Source of the DNA: Octopus sinensis
Taxonomy: Eukaryota
Length of the DNA stretch: 64,000 nucleotides
Assembly: GCF_006345805.1 (NCBI RefSeq)
Contig: NW_021833060.1
Span: forward strand, 1-64,000
Reading direction: 5' to 3'
In this document: positions 24,801 through 40,473 of the stretch, piece after piece
Layout of the letters: each line of letters starts with the position of its first letter
Numbering within the stretch: position 1 is the first letter of the stretch
Program-made: the position numbers and the translations under genes
The notes under the pieces: generated by a model
What the model was told of the DNA's origin: nothing
What the model saw: only the letters and a program-made list of their open reading frames with translations
Database searches by the model: none

Positions 24801-27800
24801 GGAAACAGGTCACAGTTGGTGACAGAAAATGCATCCAGCTGTAAAAAATCTGCCTCAATAAACTCTGCCTAACCCATGCAAGCATGGAAAAGTGGATGTT
24901 AAAACCAAGATGATGATAATCATAAGAAATTTGTATTTCTATATTTATGAATATTTTCAGAAAGTATTAGAAATAATTAAAAATTATTACAAAAATAATG
25001 TCCATACAAGAAACTTTAAATACTCTTAGATAACTTACCTCTAAAAACCAGCTTCCAGCATTGAGTTTCCGCAATTCATCAAATGTAAATGTAGAAGCAT
25101 CATCATCCACTCGGTCGGGATATACTTCTTCAATATTGGTTGTCCGTCGTAATGTTTTGTCATGTAAAATAAACGGAATTCCATCTAAACTGTAAGAAAA
25201 TATTTCAAATGACACATGTATGATTATCTGTGGTCAAACTTCCTTACTATCACTTCTAACCACACACATACAAGAACTCCATCGGTTATGATTACAAGGG
25301 CCCCAGTTGATCTGATTAACAGAGCAGCCAGCTCATGGAATGAACATGCCTAGTGGCTGGGACCAATTAATACCATGTGTGTAAGTTTGATTCACAGAAA
25401 CTGTAGAAAACCTATATGACATCTAAATGCACACATACATACCACCACCACCACTGCTATATATATATAGTCCTTTTTCGGATCTAGTTTTTTTCATTAG
25501 CAAAGTATGTATTTTTTAAAACGAGGTAAAAGGTCTGAAAATTGGCTATACTAATGTAGCCTTCCAGTCTCGTTGTTTTGAAAGTATGATGTTGTGGAGA
25601 AAAAAGTTACAGGGGCTTAAAAATTGAAAAAACTGGATATTTTTAGCCAATAGCAAGACATAAATGTGTCAACTTTAAGGTTGTACCCTGTGAAATTTGT
25701 AGTTTAGCATCTAACTTGTTCATTGTACGTTTTTAAATAAACAGAAATACCTAATTTTATTGTAGGTTTCTAAATAAACATGTATCATCTTACTGTTTCT
25801 TTTGTCTCTTCATTAATTTTATGATTTTATTATTTTTTTAATTTGTTATATTAATATATTTGTCTGCATGTGTTATTTTATGTGTACTTCAGTATTATGT
25901 ATACCTGCCATGTATTTATGTAAATCATTAATATATATATAAGTACATGCCTCTGTGTGTGTGTGTGAGTGTGTGTGTGTGTGTGTGAGTGTGTGTGTGT
26001 GTGCATGCATGTGTGTGCATGCATGTGTGATGCATGTATGTGTGGGTGGGTTTTGGGGTTTGTGTGTGAAGGGGGTTTGTGTGGGTTGGAGGGGGGGGGC
26101 GTGTGTGTGTGTTTGAAAAGGGGGTGTCCCAATTTGTCCCAAGGAAAAGAATACCTGTATCATATATGTTTTTTGCCTGCAGAATTAAAAAATAATGTCA
26201 AATTATCTGCATCACCCACAGTTTCTGTTCCACGATATCCCTCTCAGTTCCTGTAACGTGTGCTAAATCTAAGTTAAGCTGTTGAAATGTGAAGCTAACG
26301 GTTTAAGAAATACTCCTAATTAAAACTTTTATGAATAGAATTAACCTAGTGAAATCATAAATCCAGCAATCTGAGTCAATGAGTCCCAAAAATATATGAA
26401 ATGAAAAATATGTAAAAATACTAAGTGTAAAATATCAACACAGACAACAGTGAACCACAACACAGTGTGCGGTTGTCATGGTAACACGCTACTAATGCTA
26501 TGCTGTCTGTTGATTGGCTAAAATTACCCAAATTTCCCAACTTTAATTCCAATTAACATCATATTCTTTAATTTACGAGATAAAGTAATTGGTTGGTCGC
26601 AATCAAAATTCAGAGTTGTATCGATACACCAAAATTGAAAGCAATCTTAGCAAAATTAAGAGGGGTACTTATTTTGTGAATGAGAAAGAGCAGATCCCCT
26701 TTTTCCTCTAATATATATACATGTAATTAAGGTTCCATTTAATTAGGTACTTAAATTGAGGTACCTTACTAGGTTGGTATAATCCATACACCCAAGCAAT
26801 ATCAATTGGATATTGAATATCAAGACTCCATGCAGGGTTGTTTGTACCTGAGATTCCTGCCATATGTGCAGACAATGCAACCTAGCTAAGTGATGATATC
26901 CACTCCTGATATCCTGCTACAGCTATGTCAAAAGAAACAATATAAATATTTTGGGTTTGGTTATTAATGTGAATATATTAAGGAAATGGTTATATATCCT
27001 TTATGTTTGAAGTCTATGTGGTCACCTGACAAGAATGGTTTCTTTTGAATGATGTAATGTTTTCATTAATCAATTAAAGGAGTCGCTTGTAACAGCCATA
27101 ATGATTTGACACCTGTACATCTTTGTTACTCATTTAATATAAGCTTATCTGTACAGATTATTTATAGAGTGCAGAGCTTCAGAGCCAGCACTCAAAGTTA
27201 TGATATTTTGTATACAATTATGTAAACTATGTGATTGAAGACAGAAAAATAGGTAATGAGTGTATATGCATATTTCAAGTGTTCTTGTTCTTTCATCAGT
27301 ACCACATCCAACCATCAACAAGTACACTGCTTAAATACCCACTAAATTTAGCCGTGTAACACTACTGGATAGACCAATTTACATATTAAACATATTCCTG
27401 GCAAACAGTGTGTAAATATCAATGGCTAGCAAGGACATTGTATTTCATTTTGCAGCCATAATAGTCTACCAAGTATATTAAAGGTTCACAAGTCAATACT
27501 ATCTTGCTTTTTGTTTCAACAGTGTGACGTTCTCATTTTTAATCTTATCTCTATTGATTTTCTATAGATTTCAGAGCCACCACTGAAAGTTACAATGCTT
27601 TGTATACAAATACATTTACAAAAACAATGCAACCAAAGACAGAAAAATAGGTAATGGCTGTATATGCATGTTTCAATTCATTTGTATACAGTTGATGGGT
27701 TGGATGTGGTGGTAGTGGAAGAGCAATAACTCTTGAAATAGGATCACCAAACTCTATCAAGAGAGTAACTGTAATGTGTCCATAGGGATGGTATCTATGG

Positions 27801-30800
27801 TTCTGTAATCAACTATGATGCAAGCTCCCAATTCAAATTGATAATAATGGAACTGGATGGTGACAGAGAGTAATTTTCTGTCACTAATTCTCACCTGTTT
27901 TTAAAGGGAGTTTTCATTGCACATGTATTTGAAAGCAAAACTGCCAAATGATTTGTTTACAGGGAATTGACAAAAGACAACATTGACTCTGGCCCGACAA
28001 GTTTTCATACAAGTGCAGACATAGACACACACACACACACATAGACCTTGTACAGATTCCATGTATCAATTTAACTAAGAAATCATTGGTTAATCTAGGA
28101 CTATAATAAAAGACACCCATATTGCCATGCAGGACTAAACCCAAAACCATATGGTTGAGAAGTGAACTTCTTGACCACATAGCTATTACTGCATCTTATT
28201 TAACCACAAATATTTCTAATAGAGAAAACTGAATCACCAGTTATCAGGAATGGGTTATAACTGAGAAATAACTTATAGAATTTATATTTCAAAATGTAGA
28301 AAGAAACAATGTAATTTACCTTATTCGTACATCTGACTCAAATCCATAGACACTTTGGTTCGCAGCTAATTGGAATGCAACTAAAGTATTCTCAGGTGCA
28401 ACCTTGCAAGAAAATTTTTAAAATACAAAAGAACTGAATTTAAATTTGGTTAAATATAATCCAACAGTAACATATTGAGAGATTTCTAGCTAAAAAAATA
28501 CTGTGTCTAATTTTAAAATATTGGTGAACTTTATTTATTACAATTTAATTACAAGGAAACAAGAAACAGAAAAAGAAATATAAGATGGTGGGAGAGGGAG
28601 TAATGGGCCACACCCCCCAGAATAAATGGCATGTTCAGCTACATCCCACAGATATGACCACAATGGTATTGCTGCAGAGAATGGCTAGTGACACTTGCTA
28701 CAGCAGCCACTTCACCTTGTAGGGTTCATTCTCATACAGGCTACCATTATCTCAATTTTGCAGACAAAAACAGTAGTGCAGGATCTGAGAACAGCTGAGG
28801 TCTCAGCAGTGACCAACACAAACTGATAGCAGCCCATCAGACCCCTGTATTTATTGATTCGTCTTTCCTTTGCATTACAGACAATCTGTTGCTCCCCCAC
28901 TCCATTTTCTGCTACTTTATTCCCATCCTACTTTTTCTTCTCCTGTTTTAAATTCAAGTGTTTTCTCTCATCTTCACTGATGAATATGGCCAAGAAATGC
29001 AGTACATTAAAATGGAATGTCAATCTTTTAAAAATATTATTATTATTACTATTATTATTTATTGTTAAGGCAGTGAGCTGGCAGAATTGTTGGCATTCCA
29101 AGGCTATAGTAGAAGGCACTTGCTCAAGGTGCCACACAGAGTGACTGATGTATACTTCTATCACATTTCAATCATTTTCCCATTTCTTCCTTCCTTTCCT
29201 TTATGTATTCTGTCCTTGTGATGTCCCCACTCATCTTATGTCCCTCTTGCTAATAAAAGAAATTAGTATTATTATTATTATTATCATTGTTATTATTTAC
29301 ATAGGCTCAAAACTGGAAGTTTTGGAGAAGTACTCTATTCTATGAACCCTCAAAAAGATGGAAGGCAAAGTTCACTTCAGCTTTGAACTCAGGAGAAAAT
29401 ACCACAAAGCATTTATTCCAATATTTTGACGATTCTACCAAAACCACAACAACAATAATAATTATATTCATTCCAACTCATTGCTTTGTTTCTCAGTTAT
29501 ATTTGTATTTGATAGAATAAAAGATGCACAGACATATTAGATGCATCCCAATTTCAGCAGTGCATGTTCAGGAAAAAGCAAGTATCAGGGACAAAATTAG
29601 CATATGGAAGGTTCAACTCCACATATAGGAGCAGGGGTGATTTTTTGAGACATCTTTTTGGAACACAATGCATCTTATATTCCATCAAATATGGTACTTC
29701 TATTGACATGTATGATTTCAGACACATTCAAAGTTATCTCCCTTACTCACTCAACTAATAATATTTTACTTTAGTCATGTGATCTGTAACGGAAAAAATC
29801 ATGAAAATAATAGATTTATTACATATATTCAGTCAACACCTCTTTATAATTACATTATAATTACTTTATAATTACATTTGGGTTAAACTATATATTATTA
29901 TCATTATAAAGGCGGCAATCTGGCAGAATTGTTACCATGCCAAACAAAATACTTAGCAGCATTCCTTCTGGCTGTACATTCAGAGTTCAAATTCAGTTAA
30001 GGTCAACTGTATCTTTCATCCTTTTTGGGTCAATGAAAGAAGTACCAGTTGAGCATTGAGGTTGATGTAATGGACTGTCCCCACTCGCACAAAATTACAG
30101 GTCCGGTGCCTAGTAAAAAGGATTATTATTGTGGATGTTGCTCTTATTACTTCACTGTTTTCAATTTCCTGTTTACTCATAAAGTCTAGAAAGAAGGACA
30201 ATACCCATGACCTTTGCAGCACCTTCAAGACCAGTGAGTTTCATGAAGCTAATTTTCTGTTTCTATTGTCTTCAAGGACAATGTCTGATTGTTTGTATCT
30301 CTATTTCTATGAGTATTGATGGAACATGTTACAGAGAATTGTGTAGTGATATTAATTGGTCACTGGTTCTCAGACATGCTTAATTAATAAAATATCAATG
30401 ATTTTGATTTTCATTTCGTTGAGGAATTATACTGAGAAACCTAATTATCTAAGTTTACACATTTAGATTTGGCCAATAATAAACATCAACTTTTACTGTA
30501 TTGTAACCACAAGGCTTACATTTAAAGTTTCCACAGGTTTTAAAGACTGTATGCCTTGTGACCCTGGCTCAGTTTTGAGTTGTTAACATGTAACTTAGTT
30601 TCCTTGATAAGCACTTTTCACCACCACCACCACTACCATCATCACCATCATCATTTAATGTCAGTTTCCCATGCTGGCATGTGTTGGATGGCCTGACAGA
30701 ATTGGCAAGGTTAGGGGCAACACCAGGTCCTATACCTTGCTTTTGGCTTTGTTTCTACAACTGGATGCCCTTCCTAATGCCAAACACTTTACAGAGTGCA

Positions 30801-31661
30801 CTGGATACTTTTTATGTGGCACCAGCACCAGTGTTTTTTACATGATACCATTACTACTGTTTTTTCACATGGAAGCATCACCACAGTTTTTTACATGGCA
30901 CCATCACCTGTGCTTTTTATGTAGCACCAGTAAATTTTTACATGGCACTGTGGTTTTAGGATATCAATTCTGTTATGGAGAATGGGTCTTCTAACCTACA
31001 TGTGAGTTTCTTGTTCTAATGTTCTGAAAAATTGCCCATATATGGGCTTGTCAATCAGTACTTTCTTCATAAAAATTTGAATTGCTTTCTTCACTTGCAG
31101 TTTAATGAGGTTAATAGTAGTGTCACTACAGTAGGTGAGATGTCTCCTTTACAAAAGTTGAATTTGTAATGTCCTGGCTAATGTGGAAAAGGAACTGTTA
31201 TTTCATTTCTAGATAACCACACTTCTTAGTGGATCTTTAACAACTAAAAAATATTTGCCTAGCTAGGATTGGCACAGGCTACTGACTGGTTTCTTCATAT
31301 TGTTATGACATGCTCGTGTTAATCAGAAAAAAACGTTTACTGCTCTTTGTAAACTAAATAGCTTGAGTTGTATTGTGTCAGATGTTGTTTGTAAGGCTGT
31401 AAAGTAATTATCATCAGTGTTGTGGTCATCACCATCATTGTTTTAATGTCCACATTTCAAAGCTAGCACGCTCAGATGCCCTTCCTGTTGCGAACCAGCA
31501 CCTGTCTCCATGCAAGATATTACCCCTTGGTTAGATATGGTTTTTTCTTTCACAAAAGACAACAAATGAATCACATCCTTTGTATGTTGGTGATGCTTGT
31601 TGACAGCTATCATGTGATGTCAAGACAAACACATACACACACGATCAGATGCATGAATGCA

Positions 31662-31702
<41 letters not shown>

Positions 31703-34700
31703 CAACCCATGCCAGCATGGAAAATGGATGTTAATCGATGATGATGATGATACACATGTTACTCTTTTACTTGTTTCAGTTATTTGACTGTGGCCATGCT
31801 GGAGCACTGCCTTTAGTTGAGCAAATCAACCCCAAAACTTATTCTTTGTAAGCCTAGCACTTATTCTATCAGTATCTTTTGCTGAACTGCTAAGTTACAG
31901 GGATGTAAACACATCAGCATCGATTGTCAAGTGATGTTGGAGGGACAAACACACACACACACACATATATATATACACACATTGTGAGACATGTTTTCTT
32001 AGTTTGAAATTTTCTTTTACAGTTTGCAGTCACTCTAATTTATTATAATGAATCTCTTATTTCACTTTAATATAATTATTATTATTAATAGTAAAACTGT
32101 GAACTCTGAAAACTATTACATACCACACAATAAATCAGACACTTAACAATTGTACAAGTGAAAAAGGTAAGGAGGAAGTAGCTGCAGACTATTCCAGAGT
32201 ATTTTAGAGAAGGAATGGTTCAGCATCAGCATCATCATCATCAGCAGCAATTAATATCCACTCTCCATGCTGGCATCGGTTAGATGGTTTGACTGGAACT
32301 GATGAGCCAGAGAGCTACACCAGGTTCTAGTCTGATTTGACATGGTTTATACAGCTGGATGTCCTTCCAATGCCAATTTGACAATTCAAATTCTTTTTTA
32401 ACAGTTCATATGAAGAACAACTAAGTATTTTGGTTGAATATGAAAGCATCATGGTCAGTCATCAAAGCAACATGAAATTTTCAGCTAAATTTCCAACAAA
32501 TAAGATATCAAATTCAGGCCTTAGCATAAAATTACTAAATATGTTAAGCAGGAGAATACATGCCCACCATGTTCAGTACTCTGAAATAAACTGATTTAGT
32601 GTCCAAATGTAGTATCATATTTGTAATCATCAATGAAACAACAGCAAAGGAAACAACAGCTAGTTTAGTCAGCAGCCCTTTAGCACTTAACCAGGCCATA
32701 TCCAGTCAAAATATTCTACAAGTTTAATGTTCAAACTGATCAGATCTCGCATCTTCCAGAATGTCATATTGAACACGAACAATCACATCATCAAAATCTC
32801 AAGCCTAGAAAATAATGCAGTATTAATTCAAAACGATGTGAATAAATACACATTACATCTGATTGAGTAATCTAAACTCTAAAAGGTTAAAATGGCAATG
32901 AAACACGAGCCACATCTGCAGTTACTGAGAATGACTCAATCAACCTTCTTGTAAAGAAAGACAAACCATAAGAAAACACACAATTCACTATCATGGTGGT
33001 TGTTTAACCCCAGGTCGGTTGTGACTGATTAGACCTATAACCAAAAGCATTCAAGACAGGACAATCCTGTCCTTTCAAGGGTATCTAAGAGTACATTATC
33101 CAATGTAACCTTTGGCTGCTATTTCTAGCAGGTCAAGTGACCTCATAATTCATTTAGCATTTAAACCGGCCATATCCATATTATGTTCAAACTGACCAGA
33201 TGTATCCTCTGACACCAACCTGACAATATCATTCTAAAAATTAACAGTTACCTCATCAAAATCTCAAAGCTGCAAGATAATGCATGATTAATTCAAAACA
33301 AAGTGAACAAATAAGCATTATTTTTGACAGAATAATATGAATGCTAAAGGATTAGTTTGTTGCTTACAGGTTCATTAGACCAGAGTTTCTTTCAGTTTCT
33401 ATGGGGTTTAAGAGTACAACACTCCTCCACTATAGAGAACTGCAGCCCATTTCAGGATTAAAACCACTTCCTCTGGGATTACTTTTCAGCTGAATGAAAT
33501 GGGGCATGTGAAATGAAATGCCTTGTTCAAACACACTATGCACAAGATCAAGAATTGAACCAATGCCTTTATCAAAAGGCCACACACCAACATAATTGCA
33601 AAGCGGTCACATTGAATGACTAACTATTCATTAGTTTTACAAGTTGGGCTTATGTCTTTTAATGGGCAAAAGCTGCACCAGACTGACACCTTTGACTTCC
33701 TTAACAATGTAAAAGCTACAATAACCTCCAGCGTACACTATTTATAATGAAAAATGCTGTTCGCTGCTAAAGTACACTCACACACAAATTCAGTAAAATT
33801 AGATTCTACTCAAATTACATTCCATATAGCAACCCACCCAACTCCATCAATTTACAAGCTGAATATTGATCGAAAGACAATAAATGGATGTGTACTAACG
33901 ATGTGTCTACTAACACCAAATATTCATTACTTTCTAAAACAAATAAAAGGAAATCTATTTTAACAAAAAACAGAAAAACAACAAGATACACTGAACAATG
34001 GTGAAAATACTATTAATAGATTTGTAGCAGAAGATATTCTGATATTTTTAGACTTGATTATTTAAAGTTCCTGGTTCTACAAGACATGTCTGAGACATTT
34101 GAGAACCAAACTTGATACTTTGCAATATTCAATATAAGTGTAGACATCACTGTGTGGTTAAAAAGTTTCCTTCCCATCTGCATGGTTTCAGGTTCAGTCC
34201 CACTGTGTAACATCTTGGTGTCTTCTACTTTAACCCTGTCAATATACATATGCTTCAGAGAAAAGCATTAGTCAAGTAGAGAGTGTAATGAGAGATTACA
34301 TAAATGACAAGAGAACCAGAAATTACGTTATGAACTTCATTATCTTACAGCTGTTTCTGGTACAATATGCAAGGAACTCATAGTTGAGTGTTTGAGTATC
34401 ACTTTATAATAGAAACAGTGGTAACCTAATGAAGTTCATTACATCATTTCTTGTTCCTTATCATTTATATTTGTTTGTTTGTTTGTTTGTGTGTGTGTGA
34501 GAAAGAGGGAGAGAGAGTATGTATACATTTATGTCGCCTTGTCTTGACAACACATGATAGTTGTGTCACTGTCATACAAAGTAGTATCATTCATTACCAA
34601 TATTCTGCATAAACCTGTCCACTGATGGGGTAATAGTGATTTGCATGGAAACAGGTAAGGGTTGGTGACAGGAAGGGCATCCAGCAATAGAAAAATCGGT

Positions 34701-37552
34701 CTCATTAAGCTCCATCTGACTCATGTAAGTATTGCAAAGTGGTCATTAACTCTTTCGTTACCAACCCGGCCAAAACCAGCTCTGGCTCTTGTTTTCATAA
34801 GTTTTGCATTAAAATATACCACCAAACCTTAGTCGCAATTTATGTTCCTAACACTAGTTTAATGATAACTAAGTTATTTTACTAAATTCTTTGTTATATT
34901 TAAAATAATTGAAAGAAACACAGAGCATCTCAAAATAAATACAATAACGAAAGGGTTAAAACTATGATGATGATATTGATTTTCCATTTCTTTCCATTTG
35001 AATGTTATAAGAGATAAAATCTTCCATTTTTATCTTTCTGTAGTTAATGAACCAAGAACATACTACTAAAAATAATCATTATTTTAGAGCTTTAAAATAA
35101 ATAAGCGAATACATACCCCTGACGCACCTCGGTGGGCAAATAATCTTGGTTTGGAAGGCAAACTATCTGCTGGTCGAACACATGGAGATTCAATAAACAG
35201 TGGAATGACATACAGGCCAACTAGAATTGCCATGTATGCTACTAAAGTTAACAGTTTTAAACCTATATGGGAAAGAAAACAAAAAAAAGCAATATTATAT
35301 TATTTGGTTCCATTCAATAGTGAACAAAATTACAAGGAACAACGGTAAGCTTCTGTGTGAAGGTAAATGTGCATGAATGCAAGCATGCATGCATTCATAT
35401 ATACATACATAGATATGTATGTACATACATACATATGTACATATACACACACATACATACATCAGTACCGGTGACATGTGACAGCAACAGCACTGGTAAC
35501 ACATAAGAGGCACCCATGCCACAGACACATAAAAGGCGCCCAGTACAGAGTGGATGGTGTTAGGAAGGGCATCCTGCCATAGAGACCAAGCTGAAATAGA
35601 CTGGAGCTTGATACAGCTCTCTGGCATACTAGTACCTGTCAAACTGTCTTACTCATGCCAGCATTGAAAATGGACACTAAATGATGCTGGAGATGATGGT
35701 GATGATATATATATATATATATAGGAACAAGCAAAACATGTTTGGTCATGGGGAAATAGTCCATTGTTTGGAAACTAGTGACAGTTGGCAAGAGGAAGAG
35801 CACCCAGCCAAAGAAAATTTACCTTAATAGACTCCAACCAACCAATGCAAGCATGGAAAACAGGACGTGATGATGATGATGGTGGTGGTGGTGGTGATGC
35901 GTATGATGATGATGATGATGATGATGATATATTTGAAAACACTGAATAAGGGTGATTTTTCTGATAATTTGATGAGTAGATGTTTGCAAAGTGTCATTTT
36001 GTAAAATTCTCATCATTAAAGGAGAAAATAACTGGTTTACAGAGAAATTGAGGCAAACATAAAAATAGTTGTCTAGTCTAATTTTGGGGTGCTGTGGAAG
36101 AGGTAAACCTATGAAGATATTGGATCTTCAAATGTGGGGTCTCATGGAGGTAATGACAAGCAATTGTGACCTCTGGTGATTTGCTGTGCTTGAGAAGACT
36201 AATCAAGTGAAATCATAGTTGTGGGTATTGTTGGTGACACATAAAAGGCACTAACTAAACTCTTGGAGTGGTTGACATTAGGAAGAGCATCCAGCCATGG
36301 AAACCAAGCCAAAATCAAACTGGAGCCTGGTACAGCTCTCCAGCTTATCAGATCCAGTCAAACTGTCTAACCCATGCCATCAGGGAGGAAAGTGTACACT
36401 AAATGATGATGATGAGTATGTATGTGTATATATATAAACTAAGTCAGATTAAAATGTAGGAAGCAAGATATGGTCACCTGGCCTGTCTCAGGCCATTACA
36501 ACCTGCTCTGCTCACATTATGTTGTGGCAAGAGTCACAACAGCCCCTGCGAGAATAGACTTGATTGAATCACTATAAACAGTAGCGGTCTGAGTGAAAGA
36601 CAGAGAAGAGGCATTAATTGCAGGAAGTCATAAGGTTTCGTTTTGGTAGTTTGTCAGAATATCATTTGTTGATTCATGAACAGTTCAAGGAGAGTTTGTT
36701 GGAATGTTATGTTGTTACCCTGCTTCGTTATATGTTTATTGTTACTACATGGTTATAGTGTAAACAAGTATCGTCATAATTAGTGGTGATACTACAATAA
36801 TTGGTGACGAGTAACTACATTACAATATTATTATCAAGGAAAGAAAGCATAAAACCAAGATGAAAATGATGATGACGATGAGGAGTGTGTGTGTGTGTGT
36901 ATCTGCAAGTCTGTGTTTTTATTAACTCAATAAAATCATTACCCTATACTTGGCTATTGTTATAATTGTGTAAGAGGAGTAGAAATGGTGGCAGATTACA
37001 TGCAATGCAGTGTTTAGTTGAAACCTTCCCATTCTGAAATCAAATTATATTTTATTCGTTTCTTTTTTTCCTTTTTATTTCAGTATAAATTTTGTTTACA
37101 GTTATACATGTATTCACAATTTTATGAAAAAAAAAAATTAAAAAAGGGACATCAGAATTGAACTATGAAATCCAGAAATCCAGATGGGATCAATAGTTTA
37201 CTTAGGATCACATTCATGGAGATCGGCAAAGGATCCAACAACAACAAAAAAATCTGATCTCTAAACAACTCCCCAAGTTACAGATACTCTTCTGATTGTT
37301 ACAGAAGACATACTGAACAAAATAACTGGTTCATGAGATAGAAACTTGTAACCAATGATGCTATTGTTCACAAGTTGCAATATAAAATATACGAATCCTG
37401 CTTTTAACTGTTATCTAAATGCTGATCAATCACACACAAAAGAAAAGAAACTCATAATCCTATTTTTTATAGTCTAAGTAAAGGTAAATCTATTTGTCAA
37501 TATATATAAATATCTATTTTCTTGTTTATCTTCTGAATATATTTAGTTTTTG

Positions 37553-37613
<61 letters not shown>

Positions 37614-40298
37614 GTGTGTGTGTGTGTATGTACATATTTATATATATCAAGCCTTATCTACATCACTAATCCTTTATTCATGGTCACTGGGACTGTTGGC
37701 AAGAAGTAAGGAAGTCACTCTCAAAAACAAAATCTGTAGAAAACATGTAAAAAAAATCTGAAATCTACTGAAGACTCCCAAGAACCAGGTGGTGGTGGTA
37801 GCAGGATTAAACTGGTCAAAGGATTAAGCCAACCACCTAAGGATTCAGAACACAAACAACCAGAACAAATTCCACAATGCATCACATCTGATGGTCTAAC
37901 GATCCTGTCAACCCCCTACGATGCACTCAGAGTTTATCTTATTAACCCTTCCAAAAGGATGGAAGAGAAAGTTGACCTCAGTGAGATTCGAACTTAGGAA
38001 TATAGATAGGTGAATCAAATGCCATTTATGCTACACTAACAAGGTATGAACACCAGAAAATTAGGAAAATGAAAAGTGTCATTGTATTTGAGATAGAATT
38101 TAATAAGTCTGTTTTCTTTAACGACAACATTTTCAGAAATAAATTTGTATATGTCTGACAAAGATTTTTGAAATGACAAAATATACTTACAGAATTGGTC
38201 TAAGCTGTACCACTGTCTTATCAGAATACAAGAGAGAATAGTAAAGATCACAACCAGACCAATATGAATAAAAGGACCGACTATCTGGAAAAATAATCAA
38301 AGAAAATAACTCAACTAAAAAATAATAACCGTAATAGTAAATTCATCATCATTGTTTTAACATCTACTTTTCCATGCTTGCATGGGTTAGATGCAATTTG
38401 TTAAGGCAAGCTTTCTAGTGCTAGATGTCCTTCATATTGCCAATTTCGATCCGTTTCTAAGTAAGGTAGTATTTCTCCATGACTACACATATTTCCACAG
38501 AAGATTGGAAAAGAATGATATTGCTTGTATGATGGTGCCACTTGTTTCCAACTATCACATGATGCCAAGGACAAAATGTTGTCCACACACACACATGCGC
38601 ATACACACAGATGCACACTCAGTGGGATTCTTTCAGTTTCTCTCTGCCAAATCCATTCACAAGGTCATTGTAGGAGATACTTGCCCAAGGTGTCACACAG
38701 TGGGGCTAAATCTGAAACCATGTGGTCAGGAAACAAACTTCATATTATGCAGCTACATCTGTGCCTACAGCCACAACTGATACTCCATATGATATCTATG
38801 TCAAAAAAGTATCCACTATACTGCTTTGTAAAGACTTTCCTTTCATAATTGTGACAATTTGATCTTAGAATTGATTCTATAGACTATATTTCCATTGTTT
38901 TTTTTCACTTTGCTAATATTATCTATCAGCTACAATTCCTGACAGAAGTATCACCTTTTTTGTGGAACATAGTGACAATAGGAACAATGAAAATTTCAAC
39001 TCAGAATGCACAAATCCAGAACTGATACTGCAAGGCATTTAGTTCAATACTCTAACACTTAAACTAATCAATCACTCAAAAGTTGACTTCACTGGGATTT
39101 GAACTGGAATATATACCATGAGGCATTCTATCTAACACTGAAACAATTTTGCCAATTTGCTGCCTGTACAAACAGAAGTATGACTTCTACTGTTGGGTTT
39201 AGAGCTCTATGTACTTTAACATCATCCAGTTTGCTTCCAGTATAATGGTTAAACTGCTACAATACTGAGTAGTATAACTAGTAATGATATACAGAGCAAT
39301 AGTAGGAGAAATTATGATAAACACAGACATATTATCTTTTTTCAATTACTAATTCCACTCAGTAGAATGTAGCCATACTGGGCAACTACCTTAAAGTATT
39401 TTAGTTGAGTGAATCAACTCCAGTATATTCTTTATTTTCTTTTTTAAGTGTGATACTTATTGTATCAGTGTTTTATGCCAAAGTGTTAAGTTACAGATAC
39501 ACATAAACACACCAACACTGAATGTCAGGTGGTAGTGGTGGACAAACAGACACACACACGCATGCATGCATGATGGGTTTCTTTCAGGTTCCATCTACTA
39601 AATTCACTCACAAGGCTTTGGTCAACCCAAGGCTATAAGAATGTAATTCTGAAAGAGACTAATAATAGTCACAAGAAAATAACATTGCTTAATGTTTTCT
39701 ATTACACATTTTCTAATCATTGACAAAATTTGGAGGAAAATGTTTCAAATATAACAGAGACTTACTTGAAATGATAGTTTCAGCATTGCCCACACAGATG
39801 GCCAGAAAGTATTCAAGGCAATTGTGTAGCCAATGCAACTCAAAAAATTGATGATTATCATCACTACATGGAATGGATGTATATGTACTTCATGTCCCAT
39901 AGAAATACGATATATTGATAGACCCTGTTAATGATAGCATAAAATGGATGGAAGCATTGAAATAATCTTAAGTTACAGCATGAGGTAAAAATGGATTAAA
40001 GGGGAATTATAATCATAAAGTTTATAAAATGGAGGAATTAAAAAATAATTTATTCGTGCATAATTCCAAATGACAACTTAATGAGATCTGTTTGGTATTA
40101 GGGTCCTTAATTTGCTGCCACACAGAGTAGCTGAACCTGAACCATATAGTTAGGAAGTGAACTTCTTAAGTACACAGACATGTCCATATATAATATATAT
40201 ATATATATATACTTTATTTAAATAAAGCATATACTCTACCTCTGGTATTTGAGTACTCTTTTTTCCGCCTTATTTCACATTATGTGCTTGCTCCAGTG

Positions 40299-40362
<64 letters not shown>

Positions 40363-40398
40363 GTATACACATACACACAATCTCCATGCAAACACACA

Positions 40399-40473
<75 letters not shown>

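Noticed and set aside
26890-26925. Minus-strand peptide DIRSGYHHL resembling an RT motif of DIRS/Gypsy elements
   Set aside because: No other RT motifs in the flanks; probably chance
35819-36016. Poly-His ORF
   Set aside because: Reverse reading of the (GAT)n/(GGT)n tail of an RTE-derived repeat
36943-37033. 91-nt AG...GT bounded segment between exons d and e
   Set aside because: Weak pyrimidine tract and donor (GTAATG), immediate stop, no family similarity; exons d and e join correctly without it
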